Part shown: positions 37,743 through 49,072 of the stretch, piece after piece
Layout of the letters: every line of letters begins with the position of its first letter
Position numbering within the stretch: the stretch's first letter is position 1
NCBI GenBank assembly: GCA_036172245.1
Contig: JAYWIR010000096.1
Location: 1 to 64,000, forward strand
Direction of reading: 5' to 3'
DNA: 64,000 bases
Source: Raillietiella orientalis
Taxonomy: Eukaryota
Made by a program: the position numbers and the translations under genes
Notes under the pieces: generated by a model
The model's database searches: none
What the model was told of the DNA's origin: nothing
Seen by the model: the letters and a program-made list of their open reading frames with translations, nothing else

Positions 37743-40138
37743 TTTCGAACTACGCAGGAATGCGCGCAGATGTTCGCGCGCTCCAGCGAGTCGCAACCAG
37801 TCCCCCGGTAGGCGCCACGCTTCGGAGGGTGGACCTCTGTCGCGCGCATGGATGTTGATTACTAGCCGAGAGTGATCGGACAGCTCCGACGGAATTGCTC
37901 CTCGAGTCCCCACCCGCGTACACAAGTGGTTATCGAGGAACACGTGGTCGATTCTGCTTCTCACCCCGGCTTCATCGGCCAACAAGTTGCGTGTGTGCAT
38001 AGCCGCACACAACTCGTTGACCAATTGTGCTCGTATGTCGGGCGCTTCCGACAGCAGACGGACGTTGAAGTCTCCCGCTATCAGATAGGCCCGCTGTACG
38101 CCTGCTTCGGCCAGCCAGTCTCGCCGCAGGGCTTCGAAGAACGCATTGCGTTCTGCGCGCCTGTGGCTGGTGCAGGGCGCGTACAGGTTCGTGAATACGA
38201 GGTCGATCGATTCGGACCACTTAAGGACAATTTGTCCGACTCGACCTTCCTCGTCGAACTGTGCTCTGCGCATTGCATTGGCGACGGCCGGCTTCAGCAG
38301 GAAGGCCACTCCGCGGGAGTGGTCTCCTCCACCACGCCAAAGTAGCCTCCCCCCTGTGAGCCTCTCGATTTCCTGGACGTCCTCTGCTCTGAGGGCATGC
38401 ACCTCTTGGAGAAGTGTCAGGTCGAAAGGTCGCAGGGTGTCGGCCACGCTACGCCTCTTGCTTTCGCTACGCAGCTCGTTGACATTCCAACAGGTTATAC
38501 GCAGCTGCCGGCAAGAAGCGATTCCACGCATCATACTAATGATGGTGGTGGCGTGTGTATTGCCGCCTCCTGTTCGGGAGGCATCTGGTCGTTGTCCATC
38601 TGCGGTTATGGCGTTTCGGCAACGACCGGAACGTCTGCAGCCGGACTGAGGTCGATAGGAAGGACCGACCGGATGCTGTAGATAGAGGGATCCCGCGACC
38701 TCGCTGACATCGCCTCCTCGCTATCCGAGCGCATCTCCTCCTGCTTAGCCTGAGGGGGAGAGACGCGCATAGGGTTGCGCGACTTCCGGCCCGCCTTCCT
38801 CTTCGGAAGGGCGACGGTGGGAGCGTTTCCGGATTCCACCTTGAACCCGGAAGTTTCCGGGCCCTTAAGTTCCGCCGGACGTCTGACGGCCTTCTTTGCA
38901 GCCTTAGGCGGCTGCATTAAGGTGGCCGCGAGTTCCTCCGCCGCCTTCGCGAAGTTTTCCCCTCGCTGCTGCTCCCGTGTTTGTCGCAGGATTCGTGCGG
39001 CAATTCCGCGGCGTTCGCGACGGTTGCGGGAGTCGCGTTCGCCGATCGACGCTCGATCGACGGAACGCGCCGTTTGTAACGCGTCATTCCTTTATGGACT
39101 CGCGCGGCGAAATTTTTGGTTTGCCGACCGCGGGTTTTTTGGGAACGCTCGCGTTCTGATTTGTTTTATTTTTTGTATTTATTTTCGTTTTTTTTTGTGT
39201 GTGTTTCTTTTGGTTTTTTGTTTGAAACGACTTTCATTTTCCTCGTCGGCAGTTGGCTCAGAAGTCTCCTTTTGAGGCTTCTGCTCCTTGTGCACGACTT
39301 CTTCTGAGGTCGGCTGTTAATCGTTGGTTTTTTGGTTTTCTACCTTCTTCCCCTTATTTGTCGAAGGGGCTGAAGGCGTTGTCGCGGCGGTTTTCGGGCA
39401 CACAGCACTAGTGTGGCCCTTCGCGCCGCAGGTTGGGCATGTGGCATCGGGGCATCTCTTTTTAAGATGCCCGAATGTGTTGCACAGCCCACATTATTTT
39501 TCCTTCCCTACGTACCAGAGGTCAACGAGCTCGTCGTTGACTTCAAGCTTGTGGGGAAGTTCTTTGTTTACGCGGAGAGTTACGCGTGCGGCCACTCGCC
39601 CACTGAATGCGCCTCGATAAGTAAAGGCCTTGGGCTTCGACCACATCGCGAATATCTCCGCGAACTTGTTGATTTAAGTGCGGATGGCTTCTTCGGTCAT
39701 CCGCACCGTTGCACCAGTGAAGTAAATCACCATATAGTGATCCACCGTGTGTGGGAGGAGATTCCGCCCTTCAAACGGAACGGGCGTGCAGAGCAGTTTG
39801 TGTGTGAGCGCTGCATGTTTGCAGATCAGCTCCGCGAACTGCCCGCCGCTCCGAATCGAGAAGCAAAGAATCTCCTCGTCAGAGATTCCCATCCTACGGA
39901 TTTCGTTTCCAAATTTCCGCGTTGTAAGCGGAGAATGAAGATTTCCTACCTTGTATAGGAGGGCTGGGTTGTAGCCCTCCTTTATGTAGGCCTGCACTTC
40001 GGCGGCCACGTCCGGCGGATCCGCCGCGGTCACCTTGTTTTACGCCCTTGCAAGGGTGGCGGGGGCTGATTTTGTGGTGGGGCATGACCCCACCTCCATA
40101 GGTTGGGGAGACGTATGCCTCACGTCTCCCGTCGCAGG
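37743..40138 (-). mobile_element. Family H portion: disrupted ORF1 + intact endonuclease, both termini missing
   Basis: EGYNPALLYKVGNL; knuckles; ORF from 38534 MMRGIASCRQLRITCWNVN..GDFN..IDHVF..SDH. Confidence 0.9.
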
Positions 40139-42293
40139 TTTTCCATCCGGGTTAGCCGGGGCTTTTATTACTAAAATTCTGACATTACAAAATTTTGTAA
40201 GAAGGTCTTTGTTGTTCAAAAAAAAATCTTTCTTTTTCGGACGTCAGACGTTCATTGAAGTTCAATAGCACTTGTCTTTATCGACCCGGAAGCCGATAAA
40301 GTCCTTCATTGGCGCCGAAACGAAGAAAATAAACAGCAAACAAAACAAAAAAAGGAAAACGTCTAGAGGGCAATGTTTATGGGGAGCGGGAAAGAGGGAG
40401 GGGATCACGGTGCGCCGTGAGCAGGCCTTTGCATCCGGTTTCGGATGCGAACAAGTGCCGGTAAATGTTTTTGAAGTCGGCGCCAACGGCACGCTTTCTC
40501 CAAGGAGATCGCTGCCCAGTGGATGGCATTCCTGCTGGTCCTTCCTCTCCTAGACGCGGTATACTTCTCTAGGATACCGCGTATGCAGCAGAGCACTGCT
40601 GCACTCCCGGAGGCTGGCAAGCCGTCTCGCGTCAGTAGGCGTCTGAATAAATTTTTTGGGTCACCCTCCGGAATGTTGAGAAACTACGAGATTCTGTCCC
40701 ACATTTCGCGGAGGGCAACACACTCCAGAATCAAGTGAGGGATGGTCTCCCTTTCCTCGCACTCTGCACAACTAGCATCCACATTCCCCGTTGTCCAGTG
40801 AGATAGGCGTGCTCTGCTTAAAAGTCCCAAGTGGAGCAGAAGCAACGCCGTCTCCTGCCACTGCAGGGGAAGGGTACCGTTGTCTCATGACGCTGGGGGC
40901 CACTTCACCTCCTCCGGAGGTATACCGAGCAGCGCGCCCCAGCGTAAAAGTCCGTACGGCGGGACACTCGGGGTACTAGCGTCCCCTAGTTCCCTCGGCG
41001 TCCACGCCTTCAGTGATTTTTTCCTGCTTCCGATGAGACAGGACACTTCCCACGATGCCTGTTGGTACCTGTCCCGAACTTCCCTGAGGGAGCGCAGCAC
41101 TGAGGCAAGGGAATAAAGGAAGCCCACAGAAGTTTCCCTGGGCTGGAAACGATCTCCTGGAGTGGCTGACCAGCGTGCCTCCCTCTGCGGAGGCAGGAGA
41201 AGTCCTCATGGCTGGTGCCATTGATCTTCGCCCATGCGGATACGGACTCCTGAAGCCAGGTAGTCCAGTCCGCTGGGATGCAGGAGATCCAAGGGTTGTC
41301 TCTCATCAGAGCAACCAAATCCCGCAGCTGATAACCACAATGGTTCAGGCTGCGTTCGTTGGCTACGAGGATTGAAGTCAATCCGAAGCAGCCGGTTGCC
41401 CTGTGAGCAAGGAGTCTAGCTGGTGCAGACCAGGGTGCTGTCCAAAACTTTGCCACAACGGCAAGTTTTCTGAATTGGACCTGTCGCTCCATGCGCTCCA
41501 ACGTCAGGATACCAAGTCCACCGTCCCTGCGTAGAGCGCACAAGTCTTTGAGCGGGACGCGGGGCCTCCGGTTGCCACAGAGGGCTTTCCGTATAAGGCC
41601 CCTAGTCCGTGTCCTAATTTGATACGGGGTAGAGCACACAAAAAGTAGGGGGCGAAGGAGGGGGGCCGCGAAAGCGTTACATACCGTGGCCCGTTGCTGC
41701 AAGTGAAACTTGCCGTCCCGGAACGAGCCGATCGCCAGCTCCACCTTTTGTAGACGGTCGGACCAGGCTTCTGCAGAGCAGAAGTCCCCCAACGGAACTC
41801 CAAGGTACTTGATGTACCTGCCCGTGGTGATCCCCAAGCTGATCCAGTCCGATCGTCCGGCCCTCGTCACGTCGGTGAAATGCAACGACGACTTCGTCCT
41901 GTTCACCTGGAGGCCTGTCCCACGGTATAGCAACTCGAAGAAATCCTCGAGCGCCGATGCCGGGGTGGACCCGGGAAGCAGGAGCAGAAGATCGTCGGCA
42001 TAGACCGACACGGCAGGCGTGCCGGGAAACGAGCTCGGCAGGGTTGCCAAAGTCTCCCTGTATGCTCGCAGCACCAACTCAAAGTAGATGCTGAAGAGCA
42101 GGGGGCTGAGGCTGTCACCCTGCCGGACTCCACGACGAACCGGCACGCCGAACACGTGCCGGCCGCTGAAATTAATATTAATGAAAGCGAAGCGCCAGCG
42201 GGAGCGCAGGTAGGCCAGGAAGACGGCCGGAAATCCCAAGCGTTTCAGGAGCTTCAGAAGGAGCTCCTGGTCGACGCAATCGAAAGCTTTACG
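40139..42293 (-). mobile_element. Family G 3' half starting at RKAFD
   Basis: RKAFDCVDQ, GVRQGDSLSP, YADD, YLGV; 3' end AATAAAAGCCCCGGCTAACCCGGATGGAAAA. Confidence 0.92.
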
Positions 42294-42300
42294 TCGGCAA

Positions 42301-43779
42301 GAGCGGACGTGTTTCCTCAGTGCTCCTCGTGCCGAGAACCGTCCCTAGGTGTAGGCTTCGTGTGTAGTGGTGGTCGATCAGGCAGCAATGCCTGACACGA
42401 CCACCAGTGCGTGTCAGGGGGCGGTGGCAACGTCGCCTCCTGAAGAAATGGAGTGCCAGGTGCAGGCGGCAACGTCGCCTCTAGAGAAGGTGGAGTGCCA
42501 GGAGGCGGCGGCAACGTCGCCTATAGAGAAGGTGGAGTGTCAGAAGGCAGCGGCAACGTCGCCCTCAGTGGCGAAGAAGGTGGAGGCGTTCGCCCCCACA
42601 AAACCGGTCCCCGCTGCAGCGCGGGCGTGGAGCGCCGTCGTGTCGGCGCCATCGCCTGCAGCCGCGGCGGAATTATCTGCCTATGTGGAAGAGGGGTATA
42701 ACCCATCACTATTCTACAAGGTAGGAAATTTGTATTCTGCTGAGAGTGCGCGCGCCTTTTCGAAGGGGATGCGCGCTCTCGATGTTAAAGAAGAGGAGCT
42801 CTGCGCAATGACTATTCGTAGCGGGGGGCAGTACGTAGAGGTGATCTGCAAACATGCAGATCTGGCCCAACGTCTGCTTAAATCCTTCGTGGTAATGGGG
42901 ACACGCAGGCTCGTTCCCGTTACGGCGGACCACAGTATGGTGGTTCACCTTTTAGGAGTTACCGCGCGGATGCAGAAAGAACAGTTACGCGCCGCGTTGG
43001 GAAAAGAAGGCACGGTCCATGCAGTATGTACTAAGCCTAGTTCTTTCGAGGACTATACCACAGTTCAGTGCGGCCTCACGGCTGCCCGTGTAACCGTTCG
43101 GGAGGGCTTTACCCTTCTCCACAAACTGGTGGTCGGCGGAGAAAATGTCGACCTCTGGTACGTGGGGAAGCCCAAATACTGTGGCTGCTGGAACACGTCG
43201 GGACACCTCAAAAGGAGGTGCCTCAACGTACAGTGCCTGCTATGCCTGACAACGGGCCACACGAAGGAAGTGTGTCCACAATCCGCTGTGTGCGTGGTTT
43301 CCGCAGGGAACCTAAAAAAACGCGCGCAACTGCTACAGAAAAAACTGGCGGCGAAGGCTGCCGCTCAAGCTGTGCCACCCACTCCCGTGGTCCAGGCCTC
43401 AGCCGACACCCGGGCAACGCATGTTGAAAAGATTGACAAAAGTGGTCAGGTGTTGGAATGGCAAGAAGTCACAGCGAAAAAGAAAAAAAAGTCGAAGAAA
43501 AAACGACGAATCGAAAAAAAGCTCGCCTACCAAAATAAAAAACATTAGGTTAGCGAGAATTTAAGAGAATGCAGCGTCGTAGTGGAACGCGTCTGCGCCG
43601 AACGGGGCACGGTAGAAATCGCTGCTACCGACGAGCAACCCACTGTTGAAAATGTCAACAGCGTGGGGAGCGAACCGGCGGAAGCGTCCGTCATTGAGAC
43701 CGTGATCGATGACGCCGTCTTCGAGCGTGCGGCGAAGCAGCTGGCTGCATCGTTGCAGCCAGACCCCTCCACGGCCAGT
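42301..43779 (+). mobile_element. Family A 5' fragment (ORF1)
   Basis: GGACGTGTTT head at 42305; ORF1 ATG 42388; CGCWNTSGHLKRRC, CLLCLTTGHTKEVC. Confidence 0.92.
42409..42576 (+). repeat. Four 42-bp coding tandem repeats (ECQEAAATSPxEKV)
   Basis: Units start at 42409, 42451, 42493, 42535; only two units in the copies near 2625 and 29860. Confidence 0.88.
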
Positions 43780-43795
43780 AGGAGGACGTGTTTTT
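43780..43795 (+). promoter_or_regulatory. Conserved LINE 5' terminal motif GGACGTGTTTT (putative internal promoter/initiator); representative copy
   Basis: Also at 2508, 6159, 15582, 17897, 29757, 42305, 53543 (+) and 25134, 28530, 63924 (-), always ~60-130 nt upstream of ORF1. Confidence 0.65.
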
Positions 43796-43868
43796 CCTTC
43801 ACTCCCCAAAGAGTAGTAGGAAAGCGCTTTTTCTTCTGTGTGGTGTTTTGTGTACATCGTCGCTGTCC

Positions 43869-45615
43869 AATGGCCACGACGCCAGAGAACACCGCGATGG
43901 AGGTGGGAGTGGGGGAGGCTAGTTCGCCCCCACAGCCTACTGGAGCAGGGGCAGCCGCCCCGGAATCATCCCCGGCCACGCCGAGGACATGGAGCGCCAT
44001 GGTGGCCGCGCCCAGCGCAGAAGCCATGGCGGAGATGGCCGCATACAAGGCCTCCTGGTACAAGCCATCGCTTGTCTACCAGGTAGGCAACTTGTTCGAC
44101 GGCCGGACAGCGCGCGCATTCAGCAAAGCGTTGAAGGACGCGAATGTCACAGAGAAGGATCTGGACGGCCTCTCCGTCCTCAGCGGCGGGCAGCGGGTCG
44201 AGGTGGTCTGCAAAGATGTCACCTTGGCTCACCGCCTAATCCATGCGCCGCTGAACGTAGACGGCCGCAAGATCCTGCCAGTATCCATGGACCGCTCCGT
44301 GGTGGTCCACATGACTGGCATCACCAGCCGCATGACGGGGTCAGCGGTTGGTGAGGAATGGCGGAAGTACGGTGAGGTGCACGCACTGTGGCCGAAACCC
44401 TCCATTTTCGACGGCTTCGATAGCCTTTTTGGTGGGCAGGCTGCAGCGCGGGTCACCGTACGGGAGAATTGTGGGCTTCCCCACAAACTACAGGTGGCGC
44501 AAGAAAACGTCGACCTGTGGTATGTAGGGAAGCCCCGGTATTGCGGGCATTGTGATACCGTGGGACACGTACGTAAAAGGTGTCCCAATATACAATGCCA
44601 TTTGTGCGGGGAGCGGGGCCACGTTCGGCGCGTGTGTCCCAAACGCCCCACCTTGGTTCCCCCTGCCGCGAAAAAAGCGCAGGGGAAACGTGCTTCAAAG
44701 GTCTCTAGACCTCAAGTAGAAAAGGGCCAGCACAAGCTGCCAACACCTCAACCTCCGGCGCGTAAGCCGGAGGATAAACCTTCTGAAACGGTGGAAGGCG
44801 AAGAGGGATGGCAGCTTGTAGAGGCCACAAAGCCGAGGAAACTCCCACCCGCGGAGAGCAAAGAGCGCAAGACGGCCGGTAAGCCGAAAAAAACCGGTTT
44901 CCGCTCGAAAACTTTGCGCGAGTGCACGGTGGCACTGGAACGAATCGTCGTTCCCGAGATTGCCACCCGGAGCGTCGGTCCTCCCCTTGCCATTTCCGCT
45001 GCGCCCGAGGCTCTCGACGGCGAACCCTCTGTTTACACAGAGGGTGAGCCGCGCGACATAGCGGCGGTCGAAGCCGCGGACGCCGCGTTCGCGCAGGCGG
45101 CGGAGGAGCTCGCGGTCACGCTGGCCGAGCGTGAGAACCCCTCGCGCAAGGCCTTGCGAAGGCCGGCTCCGGCGAGGAAGGCCCCCAAAGGTGAGTTAGA
45201 CCTATGGGCCGGAAGCACATCCTCCTCCTCGGAGGCACCCCCCAGGAAGTCCGGACGCAAGGCTCAGAAGCCCAGGAGGCGCCTCCCCTCCACCAGCGAG
45301 GAGGAGAAGACGGAAACCGTCGCCAGCGTGGGAAATTCGGAGGAGGAATTCCCACGCTCGGAAGCCGTCGATGCGGCCACCCCCATGGAGGAGGGTGAAC
45401 AGGGGGGTGAAGTCCCCCCTGCAGGCGCCGACCCTGAACAGCCCGCCCCCATGGAGGAGGGCGAACAGGTAGGCGCGACTCCACCTGCGGGTGATCCGGC
45501 CGACGCGCCGGCACCGATGGAGGAGGGGGACCAGGTGCCTTCAGCACCTGACCCCCCTGCTCCACCAAGCGTCTCGCCCCAGCAGGTGGCGGACGTTGCA
45601 CTGCCATCTTCCTAG
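43869..45615 (+). CDS. Family E ORF1p (essentially intact; CAG>TAG two codons before the normal stop)
   Basis: MATTPENTAMEVG; CGHCDTVGHVRKRC, CHLCGERGHVRRVC. Confidence 0.88.
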
Positions 45616-45620
45616 GAGTA

Positions 45621-47465
45621 ACACCTGGGCTCGCCAGTCGCTGTCGGATTCGCGCGGCCTGTTGGAATGTCAACGGGCTGCGCGACGACGGTAACAGGCG
45701 AGATACAGCCGACACCCTGCGGGAGTTCGACCTGGCCCTGTTGCAGGAGATCCACGTGATCACCGCGGCAGACGTCCAGGAGATCGAGACGATCGCGAGG
45801 GGTAAGCTGTACTGGCAATGCGGCATCCGCAACACCTGCGGGGTCGCGTTCTTCGTGAAGCCGGCCATCGACGCTGCCGTGAAGGGCGTGCGCATCAATG
45901 ACGACGGTCGGGTCGGTCAGCTGATTCTCAGCTGGTCCGACTCGATCGAATTGATCGTCACGAATGTGTACGCCTCCAGCGGTAAACAGGGATACAGCGA
46001 CCGTACCAGGCTGCTGGATTCCCTGAAGCGCGACTGGCTGGCGGACACGAACGTGCGGAAGGCTCACCTGATAGCGGGAGATTTCAATCTCCGCCTGCTA
46101 ACAGGTGAGCCAGAAACACAAGTGAACGCGATGAACGAAATGTGCGCCGCCATGCGTGCGCGCAACTTGTTCGCGGGTGAGAGGGGAATGGTGCGCAGCA
46201 TCGACCACGTCTTCCTCGACGCTGACCTGTGTTCACGGGTCGGCAAACGGGGGAGAGTTGCGTCGACGTTGTCGGACCATTCCCGGTTAATTTTCGAGAT
46301 GCGGCCTCGTGACAAGGGACCGCCATCCAGGGATTGGCGTCTGCCGGGGGACTGGACGCGACTCTCAGGAGCGAAGGAATACCTTCGCGAATACCTGAGA
46401 GGTGTCACGCTCCGGAATCTCCAGGACTGGGACCTTTTTAAGGAATCGGTCCGCGAGTTCTGTGAGCAGTTCCCCCTGGATCGCCTGCCCCCCGGATTCG
46501 GCGAGGGTGCTCGCAACCATCGTGCCTATTTACAGGCTCGTAGGTACGAGAGAACCCCTAATGTCCGTCGCCTGGCCGAGTACCGCGCCGGAGCCGAACG
46601 CCAAGCCTGGCAATCCGGGTCGGCCAGCTTGCTGGACGACCAGGGCCGGGAATGTTCGTCCCCGGCGTCGGTACGGCATCTCGTGCGAAGTTTCTATTCC
46701 TCCCTTTACGCCAGGAAGCCCCCGGATCGAAACGCCTTTCGGCGCTTGCTTCCGGATGGCGCCCCGGCAATAGGGGAGGAGGAGATGGAAAGCCTCGACG
46801 AGCCTTTTACCACCGGCGAAATTCTCGCCGGTATCAAAAGGCTCAAGAGGCGTAAAGCTCCAGGGGAAGACGGCTTGCCCGCGGAGTTCTTTCAGAGCTT
46901 CGCGGAAGAGCTGGCCCCCCTGCTGCTTAAGTTGATCAGGCTGATCCGAGACGAAGGCGATGTTCCCGCCTCGTTTCGGTCAGCCAGAGTGAGGCTCCTG
47001 CCGAATGGGGGAGACCTCAGGGATTTAAAGAACTGGCGTCCGATCACGATCGTGAATACGGACGCCAAGTTGATCGCAGGGCTATGGGCTTCGCGTCTGG
47101 GGCAGGTGGCAGAATCCGTAATTAGCCCGGAGCAGACTTATGCTGTTCCCGGGCGAAGTATGGATGCCAACCTCTTCTTCGCAAGCACATGGGTGCACCT
47201 GCAGAGAAGAGAGAAGAAAGGGATAGGAAAAGTCGGCAACCCCACATTGGGGCCGCCAGCCGGGCTGGGAAGGGACCCTTGGGCGGGGAAGGGGGCCCTA
47301 GCGCTCGCAGTCGATCTCCACAAGGCTTTCGACTGTGTAGACCAGGAACTTCTCTTGGAGCTCCTAAGTCGCATGGGCTTTCCACCCTCCCTGATTTCCT
47401 ACCTGCGCTCTTGCTGGCGGAATGCGATAATTACCGTCTCTTTCAGCGGTCAAAAGGTGCATGGG
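45621..47465 (+). CDS. Family E ORF2 N-terminal half (EN + RT up to motif A), no AUG at its start
   Basis: Open frame TPGLASRCRIRAACWNVNG..GDFN..SDH..KAPGEDG..DLHKAFD. Confidence 0.82.
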
Positions 47466-47664
47466 CCCTCCTCTCAGCGAACAGTGATCCCTTCATTGCC
47501 CCCCAACCTCATTTGTTTGTTTGCCTTCTTGTTTTTATTTTTGTTTTTTCCTATTTCCTTTTGCTGCCGGGGAGTGCCACGCCGGGCTGCGTCTCGGCGT
47601 CCCGGTAGGTCCCGTGCATAAGGCCGTGAGCGGGGCTGGTACCGCAATTGCAGAGTTTTTTATA

Positions 47665-47696
47665 AATAAACGCCCCGGGCGTACCCGGGTGGCAAT
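47665..47696 (+). terminator. Conserved LINE 3' terminus: AATAAA + CCCGG(G) stem-loop; representative copy
   Basis: Variants at 411, 3701, 12584, 20947, 25151, 26725, 40139, 49073 (-) and 35283, 54604 (+). Confidence 0.7.
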
Positions 47697-49072
47697 GCCG
47701 AAACCTGGAGGGAGACGGTTCAGGAGAAACTGGTCGCAGAACTCGTGGACTGAGCTCTTCAAGTCGTCCCAGTCCGCGAGCGACTGCAAATAAAAGCCTT
47801 GCAAAAACCAGCAAAGATGTTGCGCTGCTCCTAAGAGGCGCAACCAGTCCCCTCGCAAACGCCACGCTGTGGAGGGTGGACCTCTACCGCGCGGGTGTAT
47901 TTCTAGCACGAGCCGGGGATGGTCGGAAAGTTCGGATGGCACTGCCCCTCGATTCCCCACCCGCGAACACAGGTGGTTGTTGAAGAACATATGGTCGATC
48001 CTCGTCTCCGTCCCGGCGTCACCGGCCAACAAGTTGCGCGCGTGCATGGCAGCGCACATCTCGTTGACCAGCTGTGCGCGAATGTCGAGCGCACCTGCCA
48101 GCAGGCGGACGTTAAAGTCCCCGACAATGAGGTGCGCCTTTCGCATGTCTGCTACGGCCAGCCAATCTCGCCGCAGGCCTTAGAAGAACGCATTGCGTTC
48201 CCCGCGCCTGTGGCTCGTGCCGGGCGCGTACACCTTGGTCACGACGAGGTCGATCGCGTCGGACCACTTGGCAACAAGCTGCCCGATTTGACCTTCCCCG
48301 TCGAAGTGCACGTCGCGCAGCGCATTAACGACGGCTGGCTTCAGAATTAAAGCCACACCGCGGGTGTGGTCTCTCCCGTTTTAGTATACGAGCCGCCCTC
48401 CTGCGATCTGTTGGATTTCCTGGTCATCCCCTGCGTGGAGCACGTGCGTCTCCTGCAGAAGCGACAGGTCGAAGTCCCGCACACCGGCGGCCACTTCTCT
48501 CCTCTTGCCGTCGTCGCGCAACGTGTAGACGTTCCAACAGATTACGCGCAGTCGCCGGCAGGAGGAGAGCCCACGCGTTGGTGTGTTTATGGTGTTTGCT
48601 TACCGTCCTCCGCCTGCTGTTCAGCAGCTGGGAGTTGTGTACCCATTGCGACGGGCTGTTGCTCGCAAGGAGGCGGTACGTCGGTTGTTGTGGTGGTGGT
48701 TGGAGGATCCTGCTTGGCCAGGGACGTCTCCGGCGAGGAGTCGCGAGACCTCGCGGACATCGCCTCCCCGTCGTCGTGGTGCGACCGCATTTCCTCCTCC
48801 GCCGGTGGAGCTGCGGAGCGCCGCGGGTTGCCTACCTTGAGGCCCGCTTTGCGCTTCGGGAGAGCGACAGCCGGAGCGTTGCCGGATTCGGCTTCGGACT
48901 CGGAAGTCTCCGGTCCTTTCGCCTTAGCCGGACGCCTCAAGGCCTTTTCTGGGCCTTGGGAGGTTGCTGGAGCATGGTTACCAACTCTTTCGCCGCCTTG
49001 TTGAAGTCAGGGTCCTCGCTGCTCACGCTGGGCTCGCGACTTTGTCGCGGCGTCGGCTGTCGCGCGGCGGCA
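47697..49072 (-). mobile_element. Family C internal portion (ORF1 C-terminus + EN + linker ending at PPGFG)
   Basis: LQSLADWDDLKSSVHEFCDQFLLNRLPPGFG matches 23920-24040. Confidence 0.9.

Larger units (their letters stand above)
43780..47696 (+). mobile_element. Family E element with both termini; RT C-terminal half deleted at ~47465
   Basis: GGACGTGTTTTT at 43784; ORF1 43869-45615; open EN-RT to GQKVHG; 3' end AATAAACGCCCCGGGCGTACCCGGGTGGCAAT. Confidence 0.94.

Noticed and set aside
43582..43868. 677-aa ORF with a long N-terminal extension
   Set aside because: Chance in-frame fusion of family A ORF1 tail with the family E 5' UTR; the likely start is ATG 43869.
15171..45615. Alternative genetic code (TAA/TAG = Gln) suggested by stops at Gln positions
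   Set aside because: Long intact ORFs contain many Gln codons but no in-frame TAR, and TAA serves as the ORF1 stop in TAATG; C>T decay explains these stops.
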